Below the pieces are notes generated by a model. That model worked only from the letters and a program-made list of their open reading frames with translations, did not search any database and was not told where the DNA came from. Source: an uncultured Alphaproteobacteria bacterium (GTDB taxonomy: Bacteria; Pseudomonadota; Alphaproteobacteria; Rhizobiales; Rhizobiaceae). From it: DNA of 64,000 nt. Of the stretch, positions 1-10,775 are shown in pieces. Both the position numbers and the translations under genes were made by a program. Every line of letters starts with the position of its first letter. Position 1 is the stretch's first letter. The stretch is taken from positions 22,173 to 86,172 of the forward strand of contig CAVQHF010000018.1 of the NCBI GenBank assembly GCA_963712205.1. The letters are read 5' to 3'.

Positions 1-1276
1 TCGGTGAGACCGCCGCCGCGATTGCGTTTTCGAGAATGTCGAGACCGGCGGCGAACTGCTCCGGCGGAATGGTCAGCGGCGCCAGCACCTTGACGACCTC
101 GTCCTCGGCGCCCGACGTTTCGATGATCAGCCCGTTGCGGAAGCACTCCGCGCAGATCGTCGCGGCAAGATCGCCCGAACCGACATCAATGCCGCGCATC
201 ATGCCGCGGCCCTTCAGGCGCGAACCGGAGACCTGCATCCGCATCGCATCGAGCCGCTGTTCGAGGTAATCAGCCTTCTCGCGCACGGAGCCGGCGAATT
301 TGCCGTCTGACCAGAATTTCTCCAGCGCCACGCGCGCCGTCACGAAAGCATGGTTGTTGCCGCGGAACGTGCCGTTGTGCTCGGCCGGCTTCCAGATGTC
401 GTGCTCCGGCTTGATGAGCAGCACGGCGAGAGGCAGCCCCATTCCCGACAGCGACTTGGCGAGCGGGATCAGATCGGGCTCGATGCCGAACTCATCGAAA
501 GAGAAGAAGCCGCCGGTCCGGCCGATCCCGGCCTGGATCTCGTCGACGATCAGCAGCGCGCCATGCTTTCTGGCGAGACGCGCGATGCCCTGCATCCATT
601 CCTTGGAGGCGGCGTTGAGACCGCCTTCGCCCTGCACCGGCTCGACGATGAAGGCGGCGGGCGCGTCGATAGCCGCTCGACGGGTTGTCGAGCAGGATCT
701 CGATCTGCGCCAGCGTATCGGCGTCAGGGCCGAAAGCGCCCTCATACGGCATCCGCGCAATATCGCCGAGCGACGCGCCGCCGGCGCCGTCGCGTTTCGA
801 CTCATTGCCTGTTGCGGCTGAGCGCGCCCATCGTCATGCCGTGAAAGCCGTTGGTGAAGGCGATGATCGTCTGCGCGGCCGGTCACCTTGCGCGCCAGCT
901 TCATCGCGGCTTCGACGGCGTTGGTGCCGGTCGGGCCGGTGAACATGATCTTGTGGTCCATTCCGCGCGGCTCGAGAATCAGCCGCTCGAACGTCTCGAT
1001 GAAGGCGGCCTTCGCCTCGGTCTGCATGTCGAGACCGTGTGTTACGCCGTCACTGGCGATGTAGTCGATCAGCGCCGCCTTCATGTCCGGGTCGTTATGC
1101 CCGTAATTGAGCGACGAGCAGCCGGCCAGGAAATCGATATAGCTGCGGCCGTCGACGTCGGTTAGCGTCGCATTTGTCGCGGATTTGAAGGTTGTCGGGA
1201 AGCTGCGGCAATAGCTGCGGGCTTCCGATTCCCGGCGTTCGAACACGTCGGGGCCTGCCGTTGTCACGGTGGTCAT
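1..1276 (-). CDS. ectB: Diaminobutyrate-2-oxoglutarate transaminase; runs off the window edge and is broken by several small indels (probably sequencing errors)
   Basis: Reverse strand reads MTTVTTAGPDVFERRESEARSYCRSFP...LNYGHNDP...FTGPTGTNAVEAA...EPVQGEGG...DEIQAGIGRTG...EHNGTFRGNN across shifting frames; directly downstream of ectA. Confidence 0.9.
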   Translation of the reverse strand, partial: MTTVTTAGPDVFERRESEARSYCRSFPTTFKSATNATLTDVDGRSYIDFLAGCSSLNYGHNDPDMKAALIDYIASDGVTHGLDMQTEAKAAFIETFERLILEPRGMDHKIMFTGPTGTNAVEAAMKLARKVTGRADDHRLHQRLSRHDDGRAQPQQAMSRNATAPAARRSAILRGCRMRALSALTPIRWRRSRSCSTTRRAAIDAPAAFIVEPVQGEGGLNAASKEWMQGIARLARKHGALLIVDEIQAGIGRTGGFFSFDEFGIEPDLIPLAKSLSGMGLPLAVLLIKPEHDIWKPAEHNGTFRGNNHAFVTARVALEKFWSDGKFAGSVREKADYLEQRLDAMRMQVSGSRLKGRGMMRGIDVGSGDLAATICAECFRNGLIIETSGAEDEVVKVLAPLTIPPEQFAAGLDILENAIAAAVSP

Positions 1277-1324
1277 GGGAACCTCTGGGGTTGGGATGTC
1301 TCGGTGGTCGGACGACGGAGGCCG

Positions 1325-1873
1325 TCAGGCGGCTACGCTCTTGGCTGCGCCGAAATCGCCGATCGTCACCATGTATTCGGTGGCGTGATTGCCATCGAAG
1401 TGGTCGTCGCGGGTGTAATGCGCTTCATGGTCGAGCGGCGCGTCCATGCGATCCGCGAATGCGCGGAACAGCGCCCAGCTCGCCTCGTTGTCCCTGGTGA
1501 TCGTCGTCTTCAGTTTCGTCACGCCTGCGCAGCAGTCGCGAGAAACGATATCCTGCAGCATCTTCTTCGCCACGCCCATGCCGCGCGCCTTTTCGGCGAC
1601 CGCGACCTGCCAAACGAAAAGGGTGTCGGGCTCTGTCGGCAGGATATACGCGGAAATCCAACCTGCGATCTCGCCGTCGATCTCGGCCACCACGCAGGTG
1701 TCGGCAAAATGATCGCATTGCAGCAGGTTGCAATACATCGAATTGTCGTCGAGCGGTCCGCAATCGCGAATGAGTTGCCAGATGTCGGAACCATCTTCGC
1801 GTTGCGGACTTCGGAGTGTCAGTTTCGATGCCGCGCGGTCCCGGTCCGCGCCGCCGATGATGTCGATCTGCAT
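1325..1873 (-). CDS. ectA: Diaminobutyrate acetyltransferase
   Basis: GNAT protein with PLDDNSMYCNLLQCDHFADT, LFVWQVAV and TTITRDNEASWALF, typical of EctA; upstream of ectB. Confidence 0.95.
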   Translation of the reverse strand: MQIDIIGGADRDRAASKLTLRSPQREDGSDIWQLIRDCGPLDDNSMYCNLLQCDHFADTCVVAEIDGEIAGWISAYILPTEPDTLFVWQVAVAEKARGMGVAKKMLQDIVSRDCCAGVTKLKTTITRDNEASWALFRAFADRMDAPLDHEAHYTRDDHFDGNHATEYMVTIGDFGAAKSVAA

Positions 1874-1920
1874 GGAGTTTCCTCTCTCTTCTTTTGGCAG
1901 CCGAACAATATGGTCTGATC

Positions 1921-2095
1921 TGAAAGTTTCAACAGCGAAATAGTGATTATTTTCGCAGGATGTAATTAACCATTGTTTTTCAATGGCTTATAAGATATAA
2001 ATAATGCCGAAGGTTTCAGGATGCCAAAATTTGTTTCGGATTATGAAGCTTTTGCAACGAATCGGCGTTTAAGATAATTCGCTATTCGAAGAATC
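1921..2095. promoter_or_regulatory. AT-rich divergent ectA/ectR promoter region with candidate MarR operator palindromes
   Basis: Inverted repeats GCGAAATAG-TGA-TTATTTTCGC (1935-1956) and CCATTG-TTTTT-CAATGG (1970-1986) in a markedly AT-rich stretch. Confidence 0.55.
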
Positions 2096-2157
2096 GGATT
2101 GCCCCCGTCCTTTGATTCCGCCATGATCGCCGGATTGCAGCGTGTGAAGACGAAGAC

Positions 2158-2661
2158 ATGGAAGACCGCGCCGTTAGTTGCCTGATCGCCCTGCGCCGTG
2201 TTTTGAGCGCCGCCGATCACAATGTCCGTGCCGTTGCCAAGGCGACGGGGCTGAGCGTCCAGCAACTGATCGTCCTGCAGATTATCGAGGACACCACCGA
2301 AATCACGCCGATGATGATCGCTCGCCGCGCCGGCGTCGCGCCGGCCACCGCGACGGCGTTGATCGAAAAGCTGGCACAGATGGACTATGTGTCGCGCCGG
2401 CGTAGCGAAAGCGACCGGCGCAAATACTGGGTTTCGCTGACCGAGGCCGGCATGGCGGCGCTGCACTCGGCGCCAGACCCCCTGCACCGGAAGTTTTCCG
2501 AGGAATTCGCCCGCATTCCCGACTATGAGCAGGCGATGATCCTGGCGGCGCTCGAACGGGTCGCCAATCTCGTCTCGGCACCCGGCGAAATGCCCAGGTC
2601 CGGCCACCCGCATGTGCTGGAAATGACGAAAGTGATCGACGCGAAAAAGGAAACGGCTTGA
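2158..2661 (+). CDS. ectR: MarR-family regulator of ectoine genes (EctR/CosR-like)
   Basis: Winged-HTH MarR motifs (GLSVQQLIVL, RRRSESDRRKYWVSLTEAG, EQAMILAALERVA); divergent from ectAB. Confidence 0.8.
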   Translation: MEDRAVSCLIALRRVLSAADHNVRAVAKATGLSVQQLIVLQIIEDTTEITPMMIARRAGVAPATATALIEKLAQMDYVSRRRSESDRRKYWVSLTEAGMAALHSAPDPLHRKFSEEFARIPDYEQAMILAALERVANLVSAPGEMPRSGHPHVLEMTKVIDAKKETA

Positions 2662-2680
2662 CGCCGCGCCGGTCGGATTG

Positions 2681-2983
2681 TCAGCGGCGCCAGTTTTTTG
2701 CGGTTGGCAGGTCGCCCGACACGTCGACATGCGCGACGCCTGGCTCGCGCAAATCCTTGTCCGAAAATCGCAGATCGAGCACACGGCCATCCTCGGTGAA
2801 CAATTGAACGTCGGACCGTCCGAACAACGCCTGCAACGCGACAGACTCCAGCTTGATCTCGCCGGAAGCCGTTATGTCGCCCAATTTTCGGGAATAACCC
2901 TCGAAATCATAGGCAACATCGGCGACTTCGACGCCCTTGCATTTGAGCGTGCCATTTCCGGAAATTCCGCCAAGATAACGCAT
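2681..2983 (-). CDS. Hypothetical protein (100 aa, beta-rich)
   Basis: ATG preceded by AAGAAGGA RBS; coherent ORF downstream of the cold-shock gene. Confidence 0.7.
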   Translation of the reverse strand: MRYLGGISGNGTLKCKGVEVADVAYDFEGYSRKLGDITASGEIKLESVALQALFGRSDVQLFTEDGRVLDLRFSDKDLREPGVAHVDVSGDLPTAKNWRR

Positions 2984-3025
2984 CGGTCAGGTCCTTCTTT
3001 CTGCGGCCGCGGTCGAAGAAAGCGA

Positions 3026-3166
3026 TCAGGCTTTCTTCGCCGAACTGAAGATGCGATCCAATGCCGCCTTGGTCTCCGGGGAAAGCACGCGCGAATCTTC
3101 GCGTCCCCCCTTGGCGGGATTGCGTTTCTTCGGCGGGTAATTGGGACGCTTGGGCCGTTTAGCCAT
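3026..3166 (-). CDS. Small Lys/Arg/Pro-rich hypothetical protein (46 aa)
   Basis: AAGGAGAG RBS before ATG at 3166; MAKRPKRPNYPPKKRNPAKGG...LDRIFSSAKKA. Confidence 0.55.
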   Translation of the reverse strand: MAKRPKRPNYPPKKRNPAKGGREDSRVLSPETKAALDRIFSSAKKA

Positions 3167-3285
3167 GACTATCTCTCCTTTCCGACGGGCGGTAGCTCCC
3201 CGTCGGCCTACGATGACGATTGCATGTGATGGGAAGAATGCGCCGATCCCGGTGCCTTGGGCACCGCTGCATCGGCGCATCGCGA

Positions 3286-3498
3286 TCAACTCAGGTCGGT
3301 GAGATTGTCCGCCGCCATCTTGCCGCTCTTGCGGTCGGCAACGAGTTCGAACTCGACCTTTTGTCCTTCGCGCAACGAACTCATTCCCGCGCGCTCGACC
3401 GCGCTGATATGCACGAATGCATCATTGCCGCCATCATCGGGTGCGATAAATCCGAAACCCTTTTGAAGATTGAAGAATTTGACTGTTCCAGTGGTCAT
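3286..3498 (-). CDS. cspA: Cold-shock protein, CspA family (70 aa)
   Basis: [34 protein letters not shown] carries RNP1/RNP2 motifs. Confidence 0.95.
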   Translation of the reverse strand: MTTGTVKFFNLQKGFGFIAPDDGGNDAFVHISAVERAGMSSLREGQKVEFELVADRKSGKMAADNLTDLS

Positions 3499-3761
3499 GA
3501 CAGACCTTTCCACAAATATAGAATACTCGACGACAGTATTGCCGACGATAAAATCGAGTTTTCGGGTTTGAAGCAATCGACCTTGGCGAGCAGAACTGCG
3601 CGGACGTCTGATTTCTTGCCGTAAATCGACCCTTCGAATATGGGGCCGCGGGGCGAAAAATACAAGGCGAAGCCGAATTGGAATTTTTCGCGGAGTCGCT
3701 TGACGAATGCCGCGGTCTTCGACGGCTGCGTCGACATTTTGCAATGTCTGAAATCAGGCCT

Positions 3762-3846
3762 TGGTGCGGTCGAGAAGACTCGAACTTCCACGGGTTGCCC
3801 CACAGCGACCTCAACGCTGCGCGTCTACCAATTCCGCCACGACCGC
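3762..3846 (-). tRNA. tRNA-Leu(GAG)
   Basis: GCGGTCGTGGCGGAATTGGTAGACGCGCAGCGTTGAGGTCGCTG...GTTCGAGTC...GACCGCACCA; long variable arm and encoded CCA. Confidence 0.97.
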
Positions 3847-4017
3847 ATGCCAAAGACGAAAGCCGGGAAAACCGGCCCGGCGCACTTAGCAAATCGCATA
3901 TGCGCGCACAAGCCTGCGTGACAGTTTTTTGACCGTTCGGCCCGCGCTTTCTTCCCGCGCATGCGGGGTTTGCCCGAAAGCCTTGCAACGTGCGCCGCGA
4001 TGGCCCAAATCTTCGTC

Positions 4018-4767
4018 ATGTCGGACACCATGGCGCGCCCCGCAAAACCCGCCGACCGCGACGCGATCGCGGCGGCAAACCTGTTCTTTCCCGCCGACGG
4101 CTCGCCGCCGGTCGAATGGCGGATATCCGACGGCCTGACCGATTACGAGACCGCCGTCGCCGAAATGGAGGCCCGCGCCGCGGCGATCCGCGCGGGCGCG
4201 GCGCGCGAACTCGTCTGGCTGGTCGAGCACCCTCCCCTTTATACGGCCGGCACAAGCGCCGATCCGAAGGACCTCGTCGCGCCGGACCGTTTTCCGGTCT
4301 TCCAGACGGGACGCGGCGGCGAATACACCTATCACGGCCCCGGCCAGCGCGTGGCTTATGTCATGCTGGATTTGAAGCGCCGCCGCGAGGACGTGCGCGC
4401 CTTCGTCGCCGCGCTCGAGGAATGGATCATCCGCACGCTCGACAGTTTCAACGTCAAGGGCGAACGGCGCGAGGACCGTGTCGGCGTCTGGGTCGTCCGG
4501 CCGGAAAAACCGTCCACCGTTCCCGGCCAGCCGGCCGAGGACAAGATCGCCGCCATCGGCATCCGACTGCGCAAATGGGTGTCGTTCCACGGCATCGCCA
4601 TCAATCACGAGCCGGATCTCGCGCATTACGGCGGCATCGTGCCCTGCGGCATCGCCGATCACGGCGTCACCAGCCTGGTCGATCTCGGCCTGCCGGTGAC
4701 GATGAACGATCTCGATCTCGCCCTGCTCGACGCTTTCCGCGAGGTTTTCGGCCCTGCCTCACCCTAG
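4018..4767 (+). CDS. lipB: Lipoyl(octanoyl) transferase (exact start uncertain)
   Basis: [41 protein letters not shown]. Confidence 0.95.
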   Translation: MSDTMARPAKPADRDAIAAANLFFPADGSPPVEWRISDGLTDYETAVAEMEARAAAIRAGAARELVWLVEHPPLYTAGTSADPKDLVAPDRFPVFQTGRGGEYTYHGPGQRVAYVMLDLKRRREDVRAFVAALEEWIIRTLDSFNVKGERREDRVGVWVVRPEKPSTVPGQPAEDKIAAIGIRLRKWVSFHGIAINHEPDLAHYGGIVPCGIADHGVTSLVDLGLPVTMNDLDLALLDAFREVFGPASP

Positions 4768-6038
4768 TAGAAGATCAGCCGCACGCCCCAGATGACGGCG
4801 AGCGCGTGAATGGCGGTCACCGCCAGAAGGGCTGCGCCGAGCGCCGCGCGTTCGGGATCGCTCATCGGCACAAGCGCGGTCTTCGGTTTCACGCCGGACG
4901 TCGTGGTGATCAGGCTCAGCCCCGCCAGAACCGCGCCGCACAGGATCATCACCCTTGCCGAGAAGCCGACCGCGATGCCGGTAGCCATCATGATGCCGAG
5001 CATCAGGAATGCGGTCGCAGCCTGGCCGGCGGCGCCCCGGAAGATCTGGCGCACGACCTGACCGCCGTCGAACTTCCATACCGGCATCAGATTGCCGAGA
5101 TTGAACAGTGCCGCAATGACGATCGCCTCGTCGAGGAGACCGTCGGAATTCGGGACGAATTCCATGTGCCACCACACCAGCGCGGCCACCGGAAAGGCCG
5201 AGAATCCGGCCCCCATCAAAGCCGAAAATCCGATCTCGAAATGCTTGTCGTAAGGCCGTCCGCCAAGCGCGATACCGCCAAGCAGCGGCAGGAAGATCAT
5301 CCGCGCCTTGGTGTGCCCCATCATCCGGAAAGCCGCCATGTGGCCGAGTTCGTGCAACGCGACCACGATGGTCAGGGTCGCGGCAAGGAAGAACCCCTGC
5401 GCATGCAGCCCGAAAAACGGCCACATCGCCAGGGTCGACAGGACGCCCATGCCGACCTGCGTCACCGGATGCTCGAAAATTCCGCCCGGACGGAACTGCC
5501 CGGTCTCGGCCCAGCGCTTGAGCTTGAGCGCTTGCCGGCGCAACGCGAAGAAGCGGAACACGAGAAAGGCGATGCCGCGATATCGGTCCGTTTCCTCGAT
5601 CTCGGCGACGGCCTTGCCGTCCGGCGTCGCGGTGACCGAGACCTTCATCTCGTGATTGTCCCAGAAGCTTTGCGCCAGCGAGGTATCGTTCGTGTAGCGC
5701 AGCGTGAACCGCTCGCCCGGCATCTCGTCAATGATTTCGAAATCGCGTTCGATCGGACTGCCGTCGCGGCCCATATGCGCTGTCACCATGCGCCCGGCAG
5801 CCGGACCGGTCGCACGGACATCGCTCACCGCGCCGTTCCAGCCAAAATCGCGCCCGAACGGATACAGCGCGTCCCACAGGCGCGACGGCGCGACCCGGGC
5901 AACGATCTTGCGGCGAACGGTTCGCCGTCCCACAGGCGCGGACAGGACCAGCCATAGCAGAAGGCAGGTACCGATAAGCAGAAAGGCGACGGGCGGCATG
6001 GACGCTCCTGATACGATCGACCGGAATATAGGGCGCAC
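4764..6038 (-). CDS. Membrane protein with SRPBCC/START-like N-terminal domain and site-2 (M50) metalloprotease domain
   Basis: HELGH in a hydrophobic helix plus [11 protein letters not shown] (NxxPxxxDG); the N-terminal ~170 aa resemble polyketide-cyclase/SRPBCC folds (by eye). Confidence 0.75.
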   Translation of the reverse strand: MRPIFRSIVSGASMPPVAFLLIGTCLLLWLVLSAPVGRRTVRRKIVARVAPSRLWDALYPFGRDFGWNGAVSDVRATGPAAGRMVTAHMGRDGSPIERDFEIIDEMPGERFTLRYTNDTSLAQSFWDNHEMKVSVTATPDGKAVAEIEETDRYRGIAFLVFRFFALRRQALKLKRWAETGQFRPGGIFEHPVTQVGMGVLSTLAMWPFFGLHAQGFFLAATLTIVVALHELGHMAAFRMMGHTKARMIFLPLLGGIALGGRPYDKHFEIGFSALMGAGFSAFPVAALVWWHMEFVPNSDGLLDEAIVIAALFNLGNLMPVWKFDGGQVVRQIFRGAAGQAATAFLMLGIMMATGIAVGFSARVMILCGAVLAGLSLITTTSGVKPKTALVPMSDPERAALGAALLAVTAIHALAVIWGVRLIFY

Positions 6039-6208
6039 CGCCTTCGCGAAGCGTTTCGCCGGCCGCTAAATCCTCAAACAAGGTTGCGTGGTGGTAAATC
6101 GGTCCCAGCCGGCGTGCAGGCGGAGATTACACCACCGCGTGTCGCTTCCGGGTTGAAACCGCTGCCAAATCCTGAAAATGTCCGCCCGGTCAACACGGGA
6201 GATCACGC

Positions 6209-7333
<1,125 letters not shown>

Positions 7334-7400
7334 CCGGGCCGGGTGGTTCCGGCGCGGCACCGTTTCGGGTCCGCGCCGATATCCGGTAGGAGGAACGGCC

Positions 7401-7946
7401 ATGGCTGGTCATTTCATAGGTAACGTGAACGTTCGATGGCTTTCCAATCCCGGCCCCGACCGGGTGATGGAACTGACCGCGCCGTTTGCCTATGTCGATC
7501 CGTCCGGCAAGCACTGGGACGTGCCGTCGGGCGCGAAGATCGACGGCGCATCGATCCCGCAGATATTCTGGACGGCTTTCGGCCCGCCCTTCGTCGGCGA
7601 TTATCGCCGCGCCTCCGTCGTCCACGACCATTACTGCGTGACGCGCACCGAAACCGACAGGGATACGCATCGCATGTTCCGCGATGCCTGCAGGACCGGC
7701 GGCGTCCCGGCGATCAAGGCAAGCGCCATGTATGCCGCGATCAATCTCGGCGGTCCGCACTGGGCCGGTCCGACCATGCCGGAGGCGCTCGGCGCGCCAC
7801 CGGTCGTCGTTCCGCAGGTCCGCGCGGCAAGCGAGACGGATTTCTTCGATATCCAGAAGTGGATCGAGGAAACCAATCCGACGCTGGACGAAATCGACGC
7901 CCGCATCGAACAGGCCGGGCCGCTCATCGCCATCCCGGCATCATGA
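7401..7946 (+). CDS. DUF1353-family protein
   Basis: VPSGAKIDGASIP...ASVVHDHYC...MF...MYAAI..GG pattern; GGAGGA RBS. Confidence 0.75.
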   Translation: MAGHFIGNVNVRWLSNPGPDRVMELTAPFAYVDPSGKHWDVPSGAKIDGASIPQIFWTAFGPPFVGDYRRASVVHDHYCVTRTETDRDTHRMFRDACRTGGVPAIKASAMYAAINLGGPHWAGPTMPEALGAPPVVVPQVRAASETDFFDIQKWIEETNPTLDEIDARIEQAGPLIAIPAS

Positions 7947-7998
7947 GGTGCCGCGCGCCGGAACCGCCGTCCCCAACACCGAGGAATTGGATCACAAG

Positions 7999-9021
7999 AT
8001 GCTGTTCAGACCGACCACCGCGGGAAGCCTGCCGAAACCCGGCTGGCTCGCCGAGACCGAGAAACTCTGGCCGAAATGGAAGCTCGAGGGCGCCGAGCTC
8101 GATCAGGCCAAGCGCGACGCCGCACTAATCTGGATTAAGTTGCAGGAAGACGCCGGCATCGAGATCGTCAATGACGGCGAGCAGTTCCGCACCCATTTCG
8201 TGCACGGTTTCCTCGAAACCGTCCAGGGCATCGACTGGGACCTGAAAACCAGGATGGGGATCCGCAACAACCGCTACGTGGTCGATGTCCCGACCGTCAC
8301 CGGACCATTGAAGCGAAGCCGGCCCGTGCATCGCGACGAGGCCGCGTTCTGCCGGGCGCACACGAAAAAGGGGCTGAAATTCACACTGCCCGGCCCAATG
8401 ACGATCTGCGACACGCTCGCCGATGGACATTTCGGCAAGCGCGCCGACATGGCGATGGCGTTTGCCGAAATCCTCAACGAAGAGGCGCTGGAACTCGAGG
8501 CCGTCGGCGTCGACACGATCCAGTTCGACGAACCGGCCTTCAACGTCTTCATGGACGACGTCAAGGAATGGGGCGTCGCGGCACTGGAACGCGCCGCCCG
8601 GGGACTGAAATGCACCACCGCGGTCCATATTTGCTACGGCTACGGCATCGACGCCAACATAAAGTGGAAGGAGACGCTCGGCAGCGAATGGCGCCAATAC
8701 GAGGAGATCTTCCCGCCGCTCAACGCCTCGAATATCCAGCAGGTCTCGCTCGAATGCGCCAATTCCCATGTGCCGATATCACTGATCGGGCTGTTGCCGG
8801 ACAAGGACCTTCTGGTCGGCTGCATCGATGTCGCCACCAACGAGATCGAGACGCCGGAAGCCGTCGCCGCCACCATCGAGGAAGCGATGAAATACGCCGA
8901 CAAGGAGCGGATCTATCCCTGCACCAATTGCGGCATGGCGCCGCTCTCGCGTCAGGTGGCGGCCGCCAAGCTGGAAGCGCTCGGCGCCGGCGCCGCGCTT
9001 GCCCGAGCGCGCCATTCGTGA
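7999..9021 (+). CDS. Cobalamin-independent core methionine synthase, MesD-like (catalytic domain only)
   Basis: TTAGSLPKPGWLAE, DGEQ.R.HFV, QFDEPAFN, zinc ligands HICYGYG / SLE / PCTNCGMAP; ~340 aa, no N-terminal MetE domain. Confidence 0.85.
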   Translation: MLFRPTTAGSLPKPGWLAETEKLWPKWKLEGAELDQAKRDAALIWIKLQEDAGIEIVNDGEQFRTHFVHGFLETVQGIDWDLKTRMGIRNNRYVVDVPTVTGPLKRSRPVHRDEAAFCRAHTKKGLKFTLPGPMTICDTLADGHFGKRADMAMAFAEILNEEALELEAVGVDTIQFDEPAFNVFMDDVKEWGVAALERAARGLKCTTAVHICYGYGIDANIKWKETLGSEWRQYEEIFPPLNASNIQQVSLECANSHVPISLIGLLPDKDLLVGCIDVATNEIETPEAVAATIEEAMKYADKERIYPCTNCGMAPLSRQVAAAKLEALGAGAALARARHS

Positions 9022-9043
9022 TCGGAACGCCAGCCGACAGCCA

Positions 9044-9517
9044 ATGAGTGAAGTGTCAGCCCCGGTCATCTACGTCGACGCCGACGCGTGCCCGGTCAAG
9101 GAGGAGGTCGTGAAGGTCGGCGAACGCCACGGGCTCGTCGTCACCTTTGTTGCCAATGGCGGGCTGCGCCCGTCGCGCGATCCGATGATTCGCCATGTCG
9201 TCGTGCCGAAATCCGCCGATGCCGCCGACGACTGGATCGCCGAGCGCGCGAGATCCGGAGATATCGTCGTCACGCAGGATATTCCGCTGGCCGCCCGTTG
9301 CGTCGAAAAGGGCGCGCATGTACTTGGGAACAGCGGCCGCGAACACACGCCGGAAACCATCGGCATGGCCGTCGCGATGCGCGACTTCAAGCAGCACCTG
9401 CGCGAGACCGGCGAGGATCGCGGCTTCAACCGGGCCTTTTCGCGCGACGACCGTTCCGCCTTCCTTCAGGCTCTGGACCGTGTCTGCCGCCGCGCGATGA
9501 AACCGTCACAGGAATGA
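9044..9517 (+). CDS. YaiI/YqxD (UPF0178, PIN-like) protein
   Basis: IYVDADACPVK, DAADDWI, VVTQDIPLA. Confidence 0.9.
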   Translation: MSEVSAPVIYVDADACPVKEEVVKVGERHGLVVTFVANGGLRPSRDPMIRHVVVPKSADAADDWIAERARSGDIVVTQDIPLAARCVEKGAHVLGNSGREHTPETIGMAVAMRDFKQHLRETGEDRGFNRAFSRDDRSAFLQALDRVCRRAMKPSQE

Positions 9518-9531
9518 ACCAGGACAGATTG

Positions 9532-10377
9532 ATGAAAACGATTTCCCGATCAAAGGCCTTCGGCGGCATCCAGGGCGTCTACGCGCATGACGCCGCGACG
9601 ACGGCCTGCGAGATGACCTTTGCCGTCTTCGTTCCGCCGCAGGCCGAAACCGCGCCCTGCCCGGTTGTCTGGTACCTTTCCGGGCTGACCTGTACGCACC
9701 AGAACGTCATGGACAAGGGCGAATACCGCCGTGCCGCAGCAGAACTCGGCCTCGTCGTCGTCTGCCCGGACACCAGCCCGCGCGGCGGCGACATCCATGA
9801 CGAGAAGGACAATTGGCAGATCGGCACCGGCGCCGGCTTCTATGTCGACGCGACGCAAGCCCCCTGGGCGAAGAACTACCGGATGTATTCCTACATCACC
9901 GACGAACTGCCGCGCCTCGTTGCCGGCGAGTTCCCGGTCGACATGGACCGGCAGGCGATCTTCGGCCATTCGATGGGCGGGCACGGCGCGCTCACCATCG
10001 CGCTCAACAATCCCGACCGCTTCCGCAGCTGCTCCGCTTTCGCGCCGATCGTCGCGCCATCGAAGGCCGACTGGGCGAAAAACGCCTTCGAGCAGTATCT
10101 CGGCGCCGATCCGGCGGCATGGCGCGCCCATGACGCCTGCATGCTGGTCGAGGACGGCAAGCGTTTCGACGAGTTCCTGATCGACCAGGGCGATGCCGAC
10201 CAGTTCCTGGAAAGCGGCCTCATGCCGCATCTCTTCGAGGACGCATGCCGCAAATCGGGCATTCCCCTGACGCTGCGCATGCAGCCCGGCTACGATCATT
10301 CCTATAACTTCATCTCCACCTGCATGGAGGATCACCTGCGCTGGCATGCCGAACGGCTTGGCGCAAAAACCGGATAA
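9532..10377 (+). CDS. fghA: S-formylglutathione hydrolase (alternative start 9514)
   Basis: LSGLTCTH, PDTSPRG, GAGFYVDAT, GHSMGGHGAL, GYDHSY. Confidence 0.95.
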   Translation: MKTISRSKAFGGIQGVYAHDAATTACEMTFAVFVPPQAETAPCPVVWYLSGLTCTHQNVMDKGEYRRAAAELGLVVVCPDTSPRGGDIHDEKDNWQIGTGAGFYVDATQAPWAKNYRMYSYITDELPRLVAGEFPVDMDRQAIFGHSMGGHGALTIALNNPDRFRSCSAFAPIVAPSKADWAKNAFEQYLGADPAAWRAHDACMLVEDGKRFDEFLIDQGDADQFLESGLMPHLFEDACRKSGIPLTLRMQPGYDHSYNFISTCMEDHLRWHAERLGAKTG

Positions 10378-10387
10378 CGGGACCATT

Positions 10388-10775
10388 ATGACCGAAACCA
10401 ACATCTTCACGAACGCGCCTGACACAGACACACTCGGCGGACGCCTGTCGCGTGCCCGCGATTCCAGCGGCATGACGGCAGCGCAGTTCGCGCGCCGCCT
10501 CGGCGTCAAGACCGCCACCGTCCAGGCATGGGAAAGCGACCGCTCGGAGCCGCGCGCCAACCGGCTTTCGATGATCGCCGGCATCCTCAACGTATCGACG
10601 CCCTGGTTGCTTCATGGCGTCGGCGAAGCCCCGACTGACGATCCGCGCAACGACGCCATCAACATCCTGCGCGGCCAGTTCGAAAAAGTGCGCCGGCTTC
10701 ACGAGGAAACCGGCGCGACCCTGAGCCGTATCGAAGACGAATTGCTGCGCCTGCAGCGGCGGCCCGATACACTAG
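10388..10775 (+). CDS. XRE-family helix-turn-helix protein (true stop probably the TAG at 10773-10775, lost through an indel)
   Basis: TLGGRLSRAR...LGVKTATVQAWESDRSEP...LNVSTPWLLHG HTH plus coiled coil; the computed ORF reads 160 bp into the convergent gene. Confidence 0.75.
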
